From IMG/VR virus record IMGVR_UViG_3300044858_005176, positions 2,131-66,130 of that record: 64,000 nucleotides of DNA; one strand, written 5' to 3'. Below are positions 1-9,570 of the stretch, in pieces (within the stretch, counting starts at the first letter, position 1; each line of letters begins with the position of its first letter). The notes beneath the pieces were generated by a model, which saw only the letters and a program-made list of their open reading frames with translations, searched no databases and was not told where the DNA came from. The position numbers were made by a program, and so were the translations under genes. The stretch comes from a virus (Duplodnaviria; Caudoviricetes).

Positions 1-1
1 G

Positions 2-415
2 AATGGCAACCGCATCGTCAGGGAGTATTCACCGGTGCAGTTTCGTGATCCGCACCTTGGCACCATCCATCAGAGCGAAACGAACAACAAGGCCATGTTC
101 GTCTATTGGGCCAACGACCGGATCAAGGACCGGCTTGAGGTACTGCGTTACTCGGATCCTCCGCGCTGGCATGTTCACTCCAACATCAGCAAAGAGTATA
201 TCCATCAGCTCAACAGCGAGCGTCGTAGCATCAAGGAGAGCCGCCAGACGGGGAGAAAGACCTATTACTGGAAGCAGATTCGCAAGGCCAATCACCTATT
301 TGACTGCGAGGCCATGCAGATCGTCATGGCGCTGGTGGGAGGTGTTCTTGAGGATGCGGCTGGAACCTTGGCCTCGGCTCAACAGGCTTTCAGATTGGAA
401 GAAGAGACTAAATAG
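2..415 (+). CDS. terL: Terminase large subunit, GpA-type C-terminal nuclease end (5' partial)
   Basis: Frame open from window start; ends YIHQLNSERR...YYWKQIRKANHLFDCEAMQIVMA, the typical GpA C-terminal W..IR..NH.FDC motif. Confidence 0.8.
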   Translation, partial: NGNRIVREYSPVQFRDPHLGTIHQSETNNKAMFVYWANDRIKDRLEVLRYSDPPRWHVHSNISKEYIHQLNSERRSIKESRQTGRKTYYWKQIRKANHLFDCEAMQIVMALVGGVLEDAAGTLASAQQAFRLEEETK

Positions 416-425
416 CTCGATTTGT

Positions 426-698
426 TCATTCCCTGGGCGAGTTCTTCAGCAAGATCCGTGAACTTCTTGGCCATGTTCTCCGGGCAGTGGATCGCCGACC
501 AGAGTGGTTGTGGGGTTCTCCATCAGCAGATTGTCGGTTAAGGGTGGAAAGGAACTCGGGTTTGATCTGGCCCCATGAATCAGTCAGGACAATCTCAGCC
601 TCAAGCCTGCTCCGAACCTTTGGAGGATAAGGTATCGTGTAGACAGCCTCCTTCAATTTTGCAAAGGGGAGCTTCTTCAGGTCTTTAAGGGTTTTCAT
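426..698 (-). CDS. Hypothetical protein, last gene of leftward early block
   Basis: Tightly packed ORF overlapping upstream gene; converges on terL. Confidence 0.55.
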   Translation of the reverse strand: MKTLKDLKKLPFAKLKEAVYTIPYPPKVRSRLEAEIVLTDSWGQIKPEFLSTLNRQSADGEPHNHSGRRSTARRTWPRSSRILLKNSPRE

Positions 699-1038
699 GG
701 CGTGTTTTAGTTGAATTTTCCTCGGTGGCTTTGGCGATTGCTTTATCCAGTCTGATCATGGCGTTGTGATGGGGGCCTTTCGGCATCCATTTGAGTATAT
801 CCATCAGTTCTTGAGCCGCTTCGAGTAGCTCGTGGATCGGTTGTAGGTTGGGTTTCCCGGCGAGGACATGGAGTTGGCTTAATCCGTCCAACTCAAGCTT
901 CATCCTGATATTGTTCCGGTGAACCGAAACGGTTTTTTCGCTTATGCCTAGTTTTTCCGCACTCTGTTTCCTCGTGTATCCAGCGGCGATAAGGCTAAAG
1001 ACTTCTTTTTCTCTTTCAGTGAATCCTGGATTCTTCAT
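685..1038 (-). CDS. LuxR-family HTH regulator
   Basis: FTEREKEVFSLIAAGYTRKQSAEKLGISEKTVSVHRNNIRMKL. Confidence 0.9.
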   Translation of the reverse strand: MKNPGFTEREKEVFSLIAAGYTRKQSAEKLGISEKTVSVHRNNIRMKLELDGLSQLHVLAGKPNLQPIHELLEAAQELMDILKWMPKGPHHNAMIRLDKAIAKATEENSTKTRHENP

Positions 1039-1544
1039 CTATCGTTGGGGTGTTTGGAGTATTTGTAGAGAGTGATCAGACCGCCGCCGACCAATCCTGC
1101 TGAGATCAGCAGGGTTTTCCCCTCGCTGGCGATGAGTAGGATCACCGCGATTGCCATACAGGCGATTCCCGATACCAAGTAGACAGGATCCTCGAATCCG
1201 TCCTTTTTGGCTTCCTCATGGATCTTGGTCAGGGCTGGTCCTATCTTCTGGTCGATTTGCTCCTTTTTTGCGGCCACGATTTCCCTGATCTGGTCGAAGG
1301 AAGTCTTGTGCTGATAGATGACTTGAACTTCGGGCTTGGGTTGGGGGGCTACCGGCGTGGGGAACATGGTTCCCGCAGGTCGGACGACCTTTTTGGGCAG
1401 GACTTCAGAGAGAGGGATCCAGTCCTCGCTTCCCTCGACCAGGCAGAGATCCTCGGGAACCACGCGCCCTTCATTGAGCATGGAGACGATCTGCTCCATG
1501 GTGAAGGGGCCGAAGGTATCGCCGTCCCTGTAGATAGAGATCAT
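1035..1544 (-). CDS. GYF_2 (DUF4339) domain membrane protein
   Basis: IYRDGDTFGPFTMEQIVSMLNEGRV.PEDL..VEG.EDWIPL; two C-terminal TM helices; ATG 1544 forms ATGA overlap with upstream stop. Confidence 0.8.
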   Translation of the reverse strand: MISIYRDGDTFGPFTMEQIVSMLNEGRVVPEDLCLVEGSEDWIPLSEVLPKKVVRPAGTMFPTPVAPQPKPEVQVIYQHKTSFDQIREIVAAKKEQIDQKIGPALTKIHEEAKKDGFEDPVYLVSGIACMAIAVILLIASEGKTLLISAGLVGGGLITLYKYSKHPNDR

Positions 1545-1945
1545 TTTTCGGGGGGGAAGTAGGTGAATCCCGTGAGATGCTTGGCCACCTCGGGGTAGAA
1601 TTTCCACATCTTGCCGTGTTGCTGGCACCATACATGCATTCCAACCGATTCCTCTGGGAGTGAGTTGTATTTTTCCACTTCGACTTCCATCCAGCGAATC
1701 ATGGAGTCAGATAGGGGGAGCTTGCCGGTCTCGATGGCCTCTTGCAGAAGCGATTCTACGGAAGCTGGGATGGCGACATCGACCATTTCTGTCGGGAGTT
1801 CACCTGGCATGTACCTTCGGACTGGCTTGCCCTCCTTGATTTTTCTTCGCTCGTATTCTTGATCAATGGAGTCTTGGGATCGGTTGGTTTCTCCTATCAT
1901 TTCGGATAGTGAGACTTGTAGCTGGTCGCGTTCTTCGGGTGTCAT
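1541..1945 (-). CDS. Hypothetical protein
   Basis: ATGA overlaps with both neighbours. Confidence 0.65.
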   Translation of the reverse strand: MTPEERDQLQVSLSEMIGETNRSQDSIDQEYERRKIKEGKPVRRYMPGELPTEMVDVAIPASVESLLQEAIETGKLPLSDSMIRWMEVEVEKYNSLPEESVGMHVWCQQHGKMWKFYPEVAKHLTGFTYFPPEK

Positions 1946-2268
1946 GGTCGTGGGTAGTAGCCTTCTATTGTATCGATCTGTGTGATGTTGGGGTTGCGCT
2001 CGAAGATTTCAATGGCCTCATCCTCTGTGATGTCGTGATCCAATACGGCTCTCTCTCCAATGATTTTCATGGTTCCCTCAATAAAGAAGTCTCCCTCTTT
2101 TCCGTTTAGGGTGGTGTTGTCTGAATAGGTTAGTCCTATGCAGTGATTGTTTTTGTGGCAGACAATCAGCCATTGGCCGATCTTGTCTTTGATCACCTCG
2201 TAACCATCGTGGCTCCAGAAAACTTTCTTTCCGGATTCCACGGCCTTTTTAATTTCTTCTAGTGTCAT
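1942..2268 (-). CDS. Hypothetical protein
   Basis: ATGA overlaps; lower GC than neighbours. Confidence 0.65.
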   Translation of the reverse strand: MTLEEIKKAVESGKKVFWSHDGYEVIKDKIGQWLIVCHKNNHCIGLTYSDNTTLNGKEGDFFIEGTMKIIGERAVLDHDITEDEAIEIFERNPNITQIDTIEGYYPRP

Positions 2269-4208
2269 CGTTTTTTGCGGAGTTTGGAGTTGAGGGATTT
2301 GAGGGATGAGAGGGTCGGCTTGCGGTAGGTACCGGCCTTGTAGTGCTTGCGCAGGATATCCACTGTGAGTTGCGTGGGTGAGGGGATCTTGAGCGTGGCA
2401 ATCGCCCCGCTTGTGTCAAGGTCGATGTCGATTGTCTGATGTTCGCCCCATTGCTGATGGGCTACCTGGAGTCGGTGCATCCCGTATTTCTCCCACTCTG
2501 CCAGTAGCACCTGCTCGTCGATCGTCTCCGTGCTGGCTGAGAAGTGCTTGATGGTTTCCGCCAGCAGCCATTCCAGATCGATGTCCTGTGTGGGTTCCGT
2601 GAAGAGCCTTCCATCGAGGGCCAAGCTCGCGGCATCGGCCTTCTCTGCAAAGACCTCATGGAGCCTCTCGTCGATGGATCCCTTCATGATGATCGGGTAG
2701 ATCGTCACGGGTCCGGGGCTTGAGAGTCGCCAGATGCGGTGGATGAACTGCTCATTCTCATCGAAGGCGTAGGAGAGGCCGGGCAGGATTAGATCGGAAC
2801 AATTCTCGAAGGAATGCCCCTCGCCCATGGCCTTGAGACCGGCGATGAGAATGGCGTGCTTGCCTGACTTGAACTCCGAGGCCATCTCGCCGCGATGCTC
2901 GGGCGTGGTGGTGCCGTCCAGCAGGAGAGAGGAGACACCTGCCTCCTTGAATCGTGCATGGAGGCGCATCGAGAACTCTTGGAAAGGGCTACCGATGATC
3001 ACCTGTCGGCCACGGGACATGCATTCCTGGGCGATGGAGAGGATGGCGGCCATCTTGGGAGAGAAGTCCGTCCAGCTTTTGCGAGGGCCTTCGATGCCCG
3101 TGAACGACTCGCCCAGTGCCGTCGCGTCGGGTGTTAGAGCCGCCTGACGCAGCAGCCCGATCTGCATGCCTACCTGAACGCGGCGATGCAGAGGCTTCTT
3201 GCGGTTCTTGCCGTAGAGCGGCGGATTGTCGAGGTGGTAACGATAGACTGCATGTTGGGAGGTGCCTGGGGCTACGATGACTGGTTTCACGATCTTGTTG
3301 GGGATATCCTCGCCGCAATCTGCTTTGCGGCGGCGGATAATGACTGGTGCGAGGGTCTTCCAGAGCCGGTGAACCGAGCAGATGCGGTTACTACGGCGCG
3401 TTGTATTACTGATCTTCTGGCCACGCTCCTTGGCGGCGCGTTCCTTACCGACGAAGCGCTCCGACTGAAGGAACGTCTCGGCGAAGTTTTCCCGTGCCGC
3501 ATCCGTGGGGGCATACGGCCACCGACCATAGGGGCCAGCCGCCCATGAGGCGAGCCAGAAGATAGATTCCAGCCTGTTCTTGATGGGTGTACCCGTCAGG
3601 ACAAGCCGGTACTTCGGATTAAGGAGCCGTAGAGAGTGACCGATGCGACTCTCGCTGGCTTGAAGTCGCGTCCCCTCGTCCACCACCACGCAGTCGAAGC
3701 TGTCGTGGGCATTGGCCACGCGGGCCATGGTGGGTGAGAAGACACAGGTGATGCCGCCGCGTGTCTCCCCGATGCAGGAGAAATTGGGCTTCATGCGGTT
3801 GGCCTTGGCGAAGGCCCTGCGCCTACGATTGAGGATCTTCGACTCCTTGGGTTCCCCCTTGTGTCCGAAAGTCTCGCTCCATTCGTCGGCACCATTGACC
3901 CCTAGCGCGGTGTAAGTGGTGATATAGAAGCGGGGCGGCCCCTTGTGGGGCTTGTGAAGCCCGAGCCTGTAGAAATCATCCAGCGAAGTGATCGGCCTGA
4001 GGAAGCGGCCGAAGAAGCGCGCCGCGCTGGCGGAGAGCTGCTTGTGGAGTGAGCCTGGGGCTACGATGAGGGTGCGTTGGGCATCCTTGATGACGGGGAA
4101 GGCGATGGCGGCGAGGGATTTGCCAAGTCCCTGCTCCCACGCAAGGATGGCTCCGTCATGGATGGCCGCACGGGCCAAGTCCTCTACTTGGAAGGGTTTG
4201 AGTTTCAC
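2265..4208 (-). CDS. SNF2-family (SF2) helicase/ATPase
   Basis: LKPFQ, EQGLGKS (motif I), VVDEG (II), LTGTPIKN (III), GEGHSF, QFIHRIWR (VI). Confidence 0.9.
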   Translation of the reverse strand: MKLKPFQVEDLARAAIHDGAILAWEQGLGKSLAAIAFPVIKDAQRTLIVAPGSLHKQLSASAARFFGRFLRPITSLDDFYRLGLHKPHKGPPRFYITTYTALGVNGADEWSETFGHKGEPKESKILNRRRRAFAKANRMKPNFSCIGETRGGITCVFSPTMARVANAHDSFDCVVVDEGTRLQASESRIGHSLRLLNPKYRLVLTGTPIKNRLESIFWLASWAAGPYGRWPYAPTDAARENFAETFLQSERFVGKERAAKERGQKISNTTRRSNRICSVHRLWKTLAPVIIRRRKADCGEDIPNKIVKPVIVAPGTSQHAVYRYHLDNPPLYGKNRKKPLHRRVQVGMQIGLLRQAALTPDATALGESFTGIEGPRKSWTDFSPKMAAILSIAQECMSRGRQVIIGSPFQEFSMRLHARFKEAGVSSLLLDGTTTPEHRGEMASEFKSGKHAILIAGLKAMGEGHSFENCSDLILPGLSYAFDENEQFIHRIWRLSSPGPVTIYPIIMKGSIDERLHEVFAEKADAASLALDGRLFTEPTQDIDLEWLLAETIKHFSASTETIDEQVLLAEWEKYGMHRLQVAHQQWGEHQTIDIDLDTSGAIATLKIPSPTQLTVDILRKHYKAGTYRKPTLSSLKSLNSKLRKKR

Positions 4209-4708
4209 TATGGGTTGAAGGGTAGATTGTAGGCTTTGAATATCTGTTCGGTGCGCTCGAAGATGGCTTGCTCGATCTCCGATTCATCCTCTCCGTCCTC
4301 GAAGAGATGGTTCATGGGGGCGAATCTCCGCGAGACCCAGCGCATGAGTTCGGGAATGTCGTATTGGACGCAGGAGAGTTCACCCTTGATGGCACGGGTT
4401 GAGATGTTGCCGTGCAGGCAGAAGGAGATGATCTGAAGGCATTCCGATACTTCGCCGTCGGCGAAGTAGAGAAGGAAGGGCCAAGCATCATCCAGCTTCT
4501 TCCAGTAATCTCGCACCTCGGGGATCGTGTAGAGTTCGTGGGGAGTATCGTTGTACCCATCGACCAGGAAGACAAACTTCCCCGCCAATCCCTTGGGAGG
4601 GAAGAATTGCCTCATCTTGGCGATGAAGGGCTTGATGTCCCCCTGCTCCACCTCCTCCCTGGAGACCATGACGCAGTAGAGTGTTGAGGCTGGTGCCTGG
4701 GTGGTCAT
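4208..4708 (-). CDS. CRR6/DUF1817-like protein
   Basis: DGYNDTPHELYTIPEVRDYWKKLDDAWPFLLYF resembles the CRR6 D.REL.EIPEVR.W...LD..YP core. Confidence 0.6.
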   Translation of the reverse strand: MTTQAPASTLYCVMVSREEVEQGDIKPFIAKMRQFFPPKGLAGKFVFLVDGYNDTPHELYTIPEVRDYWKKLDDAWPFLLYFADGEVSECLQIISFCLHGNISTRAIKGELSCVQYDIPELMRWVSRRFAPMNHLFEDGEDESEIEQAIFERTEQIFKAYNLPFNP

Positions 4709-4827
4709 TCTTCGTTTTCAGGACGGGAATCCATCGTCTTCTTCAGGGGTTCCGGATAACTCGAAGCTGTGCATTTTCTTCCAATAGGTTTTCGATTGTC
4801 GTCATAGGTGTTAGGAGTTGGGCGCGG

Positions 4828-5379
4828 TTAAAATTCCCAGCGGTGTTTGACCCAGAATGGGGATTCCTCGCTGGCTGATCGCAGTTGGCGTGGATAGGGT
4901 GAGTCGAGGCGTTTGGCGACAAACCCCTCAAAGAACTCGCACCCCAACTCCTTATTCTTGAGCTGCATCTTCTCCCATTGGTGGAGAGCCTGATCCTCGG
5001 GATAGCAGTCCAGGAATCTGTCAGGGAATGCTTCCATGATCGCCGCGTGGCGTTGGGAGAATGGAGTCTTATCGTAAGACTCGGGAATATAATCCAAGAC
5101 ATAGAGTTTTCCCTTCTCGACGCCGTGCCTACGGGAAAGCCCCTCGCAATCAAGCCATTCCCATTTGGAGAAGACCCGAATATCCTCCAACGCGCATTGG
5201 AATTCGCTCGCGATGGTGAGGGGTTCCCCATGCCGATTGAATATCTGGCCGGTCTTGGTATTCACCAGAGCGCGCCATCCGTTGATCTTGGGTTGGTAGA
5301 TCCACTCTCCGCGCTTGGGTCGGGCGCGGTCTAGGGGGCCTCCGTTGATGGGGCGTAGCGGGTAGGTGGGTGGTTTCAT
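4828..5379 (-). CDS. ATP-dependent ligase-like nucleotidyltransferase domain, no OB domain
   Basis: Motif I QPKINGWR, III LDCEG, IIIa YVLDY, IV EGFVAK, DSPY, V WVKHR at the C-terminus. Confidence 0.8.
   Translation of the reverse strand: MKPPTYPLRPINGGPLDRARPKRGEWIYQPKINGWRALVNTKTGQIFNRHGEPLTIASEFQCALEDIRVFSKWEWLDCEGLSRRHGVEKGKLYVLDYIPESYDKTPFSQRHAAIMEAFPDRFLDCYPEDQALHQWEKMQLKNKELGCEFFEGFVAKRLDSPYPRQLRSASEESPFWVKHRWEF
5066..5080. promoter_or_regulatory. Palindrome site 1 GTCTTA-TCG-TAAGAC (parS/operator candidate)
   Basis: Exact copy inside the ligase ORF (reads SYDKT). Confidence 0.7.
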
Positions 5380-5645
5380 GGGTAAGCGTATCCGGCATCC
5401 TTGATGATCCCGTTCATGTAGTCGGCGTATTCCTGATCGCTCACCCGCCTGGCGAATGCCTTGCGCGGCAGGGGAGAGAGGGATTGATCCTTGGCGAGCT
5501 TCATGGCCTCCTCATGGGAAGTTGCTTGAACGACCATGAGGGGGTCTGAATGGGAGAAGATGTCTCCCATCTTGCTATCGTGGATGTAGTAGAAGTCGAT
5601 GGGTGGTAGGCCAAAGATGGCCCTTCTCTCGTTTCGCTCGCTCAT
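5376..5645 (-). CDS. Hypothetical protein
   Basis: ATG 5645 overlaps upstream stop (ATGA). Confidence 0.6.
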   Translation of the reverse strand: MSERNERRAIFGLPPIDFYYIHDSKMGDIFSHSDPLMVVQATSHEEAMKLAKDQSLSPLPRKAFARRVSDQEYADYMNGIIKDAGYAYP

Positions 5646-5890
5646 TTTTCCCTGATTTCCACGCTGACCCATTCATCGCAGGTGTCCCCCGAGATCGAGA
5701 GGTTAGGGAATTCGCCCCGCAGGAGTCTGATGATGCGTTTGGCCTCAGTAATATCCGCGCTACCTGGTTCCTCTCCGCCGATATCTCCATGGTCTCTTGT
5801 ATCTAGGGAGATAACTGTTTCGTCTCCTTCAAATTCAAACCAAGTGTCTCCGATGATTTTCTTGATTTCCTGTATGGTGGGTAGGCTCAT
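5642..5890 (-). CDS. Hypothetical acidic protein
   Basis: Packed ORF directly after parB. Confidence 0.6.
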   Translation of the reverse strand: MSLPTIQEIKKIIGDTWFEFEGDETVISLDTRDHGDIGGEEPGSADITEAKRIIRLLRGEFPNLSISGDTCDEWVSVEIREK

Positions 5891-5892
5891 AA

Positions 5893-7419
5893 TTATTTGG
5901 GTTGGAGTGTGTGGGGATCAACATCGCCCCAGGTCTTGGGGGCTGGGTATTCCAGATCGACCTTGAGTTTCTCGGCCTCGGCGTCAAATCCGACCAATTT
6001 CCCGACTCGGATGTAGTCTTGGTCGCGAGAGGCGTATTCCGCCATGCCCGGTGCCATCGGGATCAGGCTCGTGAGGGAGGATTGAAGTGATTTCCAGAGC
6101 AGATTCCGTCGGTCGGTTGCGTCGGGCTTTTTCCTTCTTCCATACTTCCATCCCCATGCATCGGAGTAATCGCGGTAAGAATCCTCCACGGAGAAGACCT
6201 GCTCCCAGAGACCCTTCTCCAGATCGGGTCCGGTGACCCTGTATGCTGTCCCAAATGTGGCCACGAGCCGGTCGATGTCGATGGTGAGGGATGAGATGTC
6301 GGCCGCTTCAATGTGGGCTTCCAGCCTCTTGCGCACCTCGCTCCACCGCTTGCCTTGGTGCTGCTTGATGAGCCGCTCCCGTTTCTGATCCGGCGACTCG
6401 TTGGCGCGATCCACCTTGCCTTGGTCGGAGCGTTTCTTCAGCCAGCGGAGTGTAGGCTTCTGATCATCCACGACAAAGACTACTTCCGCACCGTCCACGG
6501 GCTTCTCGTGCATCTCGCCGTCATACTGGTAGAATCCTTTGAAACGCTGGCCCTTGACCTCGCAGTTGGCATAGACGGGCAATTTCTTCCCCCACACCTC
6601 GCAGAGCCGGTCATACTCGCTGTCGATGTAGAGGGAGAGACGCTTGTTGAAGCAGGCTCCGTTGAGGCACCTCGCGCAGTCCTTCTTCTTGCCCTCCTTG
6701 AAGTCAAAGATAAGTGCCTGCTTCGAGGAATCGGAGGCGCATCCCGGGCCGCAATCCTTCACGAAGAACTTCGGGTCATGCAGATCGAACGGGGCGCTCT
6801 CCAGCGAGGGCGACTGGCGTCGGATTTGCTCCAGAAGCTCGGCACGGGTGGAGGGGATCCCCCATGATTTCTCAAGCAGCTCCTCCTGTTCGGTTTTTGT
6901 GAGACTGCCGACCAATTCCATCATGTCGATGGAGAAGTGGTGGAAATTGCTCTCGGGGTCGCGCCATTCCTTGAGGAATTTCGGAATGACCGCCAGTAGC
7001 TTGAGTCGTCGGGCCACCCAACTCTCGGGCTTGCCCATGTGGGCCGCGATCTCGACGGCTGTATTGCCGCGTTCGTGCAGCTTGAGGAGCAACTCCGCTT
7101 CCGCCCTCGGATCGGGGTTCTCGCGCTGGAGGTTGTCCACGAGGATGGCCTTTTGGAAGGTGTCCTCGTCCATCTCGGTGACGGAGGCGCGGAGCGTCTT
7201 GAGACCGGCCACGGCGGCCGCCACGGAGCGACGCGCGCCAGCGGCGATCTCGTAGTGGCCCTTCTTCTGAGGGTGGGGGCGGACCAGGATGGCGGCCGTC
7301 TGACCGGCATTGGCCAGAGATTTCGCCAGTTCCTTCACCGCAGGATCGGTCGGCTTGGGTTGGCGGGTGTTGTGGGGGCTGATGTGCAGCTTCTCGATGG
7401 GGATGTCGATGGTATTCAT
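5893..7419 (-). CDS. parB: ParB/RepB/Spo0J-family protein (ParB N-domain, HTH, Cys cluster)
   Basis: ILVRP...YEIAAGARR..A, DNLQRE, HTH AVEIAAHMGKPESWVARRLKL; C..C....CF cluster. Confidence 0.85.
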   Translation of the reverse strand: MNTIDIPIEKLHISPHNTRQPKPTDPAVKELAKSLANAGQTAAILVRPHPQKKGHYEIAAGARRSVAAAVAGLKTLRASVTEMDEDTFQKAILVDNLQRENPDPRAEAELLLKLHERGNTAVEIAAHMGKPESWVARRLKLLAVIPKFLKEWRDPESNFHHFSIDMMELVGSLTKTEQEELLEKSWGIPSTRAELLEQIRRQSPSLESAPFDLHDPKFFVKDCGPGCASDSSKQALIFDFKEGKKKDCARCLNGACFNKRLSLYIDSEYDRLCEVWGKKLPVYANCEVKGQRFKGFYQYDGEMHEKPVDGAEVVFVVDDQKPTLRWLKKRSDQGKVDRANESPDQKRERLIKQHQGKRWSEVRKRLEAHIEAADISSLTIDIDRLVATFGTAYRVTGPDLEKGLWEQVFSVEDSYRDYSDAWGWKYGRRKKPDATDRRNLLWKSLQSSLTSLIPMAPGMAEYASRDQDYIRVGKLVGFDAEAEKLKVDLEYPAPKTWGDVDPHTLQPK

Positions 7420-7625
7420 TCTTCGTAGGGGATGTGGGGTTCGATGGTGTAGGTGATGTCCAGCAGGGAAATCATTTCCCCGTAGCAGTCGCGCCAGTAG
7501 CCTTGGGCCTCCATGAGCTTGAGGCGTTCGGCCAGATGCTCGCCCAACTCAGAGGCCGTCATGGGTTCCGGCGTCGTCGGGATGGAGTTCCCGTCATGGG
7601 CATTGGGGACGAGGAAGTATTTCAT
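7416..7625 (-). CDS. Hypothetical protein
   Basis: ATGA overlap with upstream gene; packed. Confidence 0.6.
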   Translation of the reverse strand: MKYFLVPNAHDGNSIPTTPEPMTASELGEHLAERLKLMEAQGYWRDCYGEMISLLDITYTIEPHIPYEE

Positions 7626-8281
7626 GCGGTCTTCCTTCCCTTGGTCTTGACCATGGCGATGATCGGGCAGATGCCGTCCACGGCCATGTTCTCCTCGACG
7701 GAGAGTGAGGTGTGCCGCGCCATGTGGAAGTCACTGGTTGGCTTGATGACGGCCTTGGCGGTGAGTGCCTCGGGGCAGTTGTTCTCGGCGAAGAGATTCT
7801 GGATCGCGCCGATGATCTCCTCGGCCCTATCGGCGGGGATCTTGTCGCCATCGACCTTGAGTTCAAACGCCTGACGGAAGAACTGAGCCGTTCGCTCCGC
7901 GCCGATGGCATCGAGGAGGGGTGTCTCGTCGGCGAGGGATTTGTAGCGGCTTGAGAAGGTGACGATGACTTTCTCCCCGTTGGATCCCACGGCCTCGACG
8001 GAGGAGGGGATGTCGTGCTTGCCGTGGAGGTGCTGGAAGTAGAACTCCTGGGAGAGGGTTCGGATCTCGGCTTTCTTGATTTCGAGCGATCCCTCCAGAG
8101 CTTCCAGCTCACGGGTCTCGCTGATGATGTCGCTCACGAGCCGCTGCGTGTCCTCGGTGGAGGGGAGTGCGGGGTACTCGGTGGCGGTTTTCTCCTTCTT
8201 GGCGGCGATGCCTCCAAGATTGAGCTTCTTGATGCCGACCGCAGGGGTCGGCGCTGCTTTGGGTTTGGTGGTGGTGGGCAT
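7622..8281 (-). CDS. Hypothetical protein with N-terminal coiled coil
   Basis: Strong C/G third-position codon bias; AACCC-repeat leader. Confidence 0.7.
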   Translation of the reverse strand: MPTTTKPKAAPTPAVGIKKLNLGGIAAKKEKTATEYPALPSTEDTQRLVSDIISETRELEALEGSLEIKKAEIRTLSQEFYFQHLHGKHDIPSSVEAVGSNGEKVIVTFSSRYKSLADETPLLDAIGAERTAQFFRQAFELKVDGDKIPADRAEEIIGAIQNLFAENNCPEALTAKAVIKPTSDFHMARHTSLSVEENMAVDGICPIIAMVKTKGRKTA

Positions 8282-8294
8282 GGGTTGGGTTGGG

Positions 8295-8507
8295 TTAATC
8301 TTGTGTATGAAAGTCGATTAGCAGTTCCTCGATTTTTTCGATGAACGGGACTGCTTCTATCTTCGCGTTGCCGGTGCCAGTGGTGAACCAAGACCACTCG
8401 CCGCAACAATCCATCCATTCGGCTTTGACGATTCCGTGACTTGTGGAGATGACCGATCGTTTGAGCCTTCCCTTTCGGTCGAAGTGAATGGACTTAATGC
8501 GTGTCAT
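8295..8507 (-). CDS. Hypothetical protein
   Basis: Packed ORF. Confidence 0.55.
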   Translation of the reverse strand: MTRIKSIHFDRKGRLKRSVISTSHGIVKAEWMDCCGEWSWFTTGTGNAKIEAVPFIEKIEELLIDFHTQD

Positions 8508-8749
8508 AGGACGGGGATGACGGGTTCATCCTTGTTGGTGGTGAAGAGCGCGCCGCCATCGTTCCCCTCGTCGTCCATGGAGGGGTAGATGAAGGTTCCG
8601 TCATCGAGCTTCAGGACGATGGGACGGGCGTTCCAACCCATGTCGGTCGCCGATTGCTCGTTCATGTAAAAGACGGAGGCGATCTTTCGGCCCACCAGCA
8701 ATTTGCTGGCGACTGCCGTCCAATGCTTTTCGGGGTTCTTGATGCTCAT
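8504..8749 (-). CDS. Hypothetical protein
   Basis: Packed ORF; PSMDDEGNDGGALF motif. Confidence 0.65.
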   Translation of the reverse strand: MSIKNPEKHWTAVASKLLVGRKIASVFYMNEQSATDMGWNARPIVLKLDDGTFIYPSMDDEGNDGGALFTTNKDEPVIPVL

Positions 8750-8752
8750 GGT

Positions 8753-8941
8753 CTATGGTTTGAGGGTTGTGCCTTTGGCGGGGTGGGCCTTGATGAAAGA
8801 GTCGGCGGTGAGGCGAAGTTGGTTTTCCAGATGAACAAGTGCCTCCTCCGAGACGCGGGTGAAGGGGTGGTGGGGTCGCAGTACCTTGGATCGCTCCAAG
8901 AGATAACGCTTGAGGGTGGAACGGGTGATGAGGCTGCTCAT
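8753..8941 (-). CDS. Small basic protein resembling a truncated histone fold
   Basis: LITRSTLKRYLLE...RVSEEALVHLENQL...KGTTLKP. Confidence 0.5.
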   Translation of the reverse strand: MSSLITRSTLKRYLLERSKVLRPHHPFTRVSEEALVHLENQLRLTADSFIKAHPAKGTTLKP

Positions 8942-9534
8942 AGGGATGAGAGGATGGCTTTGAGTTGCTTGTATCGGGTGGGATAGATGGCGGTGATGTC
9001 GTGGACTTGAGGGACGGCAAAGTGGTCGGCCAACCGCATGAGAGGATGGATGGCGTGGATGCGCGGATCAGGCGGCGGTGCGTGGTGGGCGAAGAGATGC
9101 CGCCGCAGGGAATCATCCAGCAGGGTGACAAACATCTCCTGCCCGCTCACAAGGATCTCCTCGGGCCTGCCTGAGACGATGCGCTCGGTAAGCGTACCGA
9201 TCTTCACATTGCGCGAGTTGATCGTGTATTCCTTGCCTGGGGTGAATCCGTCCATCTCCCTGGCGCAGGTGATATGGGTCATCTCGTCGAGCCAGCCCAT
9301 GCGCTGATGGATGCCGACAGGAGTGAGCGGTGCGAGTCGGGAACGGAGTGATCGCCTCGCGGTCTCGATGGCTTTCTTGAGGGCGGGATCGGTGCGCTTG
9401 TGTCGGAGCAGGGAGACAAGCATCCGTCGCGTCTCGGCCATCATCATCAACTCCATGGGAGTCTTCCCGGCGATGGGGGAGCGGTGGCCGCAACCGATTG
9501 ATCCGTTATCTCGTAACCAGTAATCGTGAATCAT
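8938..9534 (-). CDS. Hypothetical protein
   Basis: First ORF after terminator; ATGA overlap downstream. Confidence 0.6.
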   Translation of the reverse strand: MIHDYWLRDNGSIGCGHRSPIAGKTPMELMMMAETRRMLVSLLRHKRTDPALKKAIETARRSLRSRLAPLTPVGIHQRMGWLDEMTHITCAREMDGFTPGKEYTINSRNVKIGTLTERIVSGRPEEILVSGQEMFVTLLDDSLRRHLFAHHAPPPDPRIHAIHPLMRLADHFAVPQVHDITAIYPTRYKQLKAILSSL

Positions 9535-9540
9535 AGACAC

Positions 9541-9570
9541 AAAAAAACCCGCTTCACCGAAGCGAAGCGG
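9541..9570 (-). terminator. Intrinsic terminator (leftward)
   Basis: CCCGCTTC/GAAGCGGG stem followed by T7 on minus strand. Confidence 0.75.
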
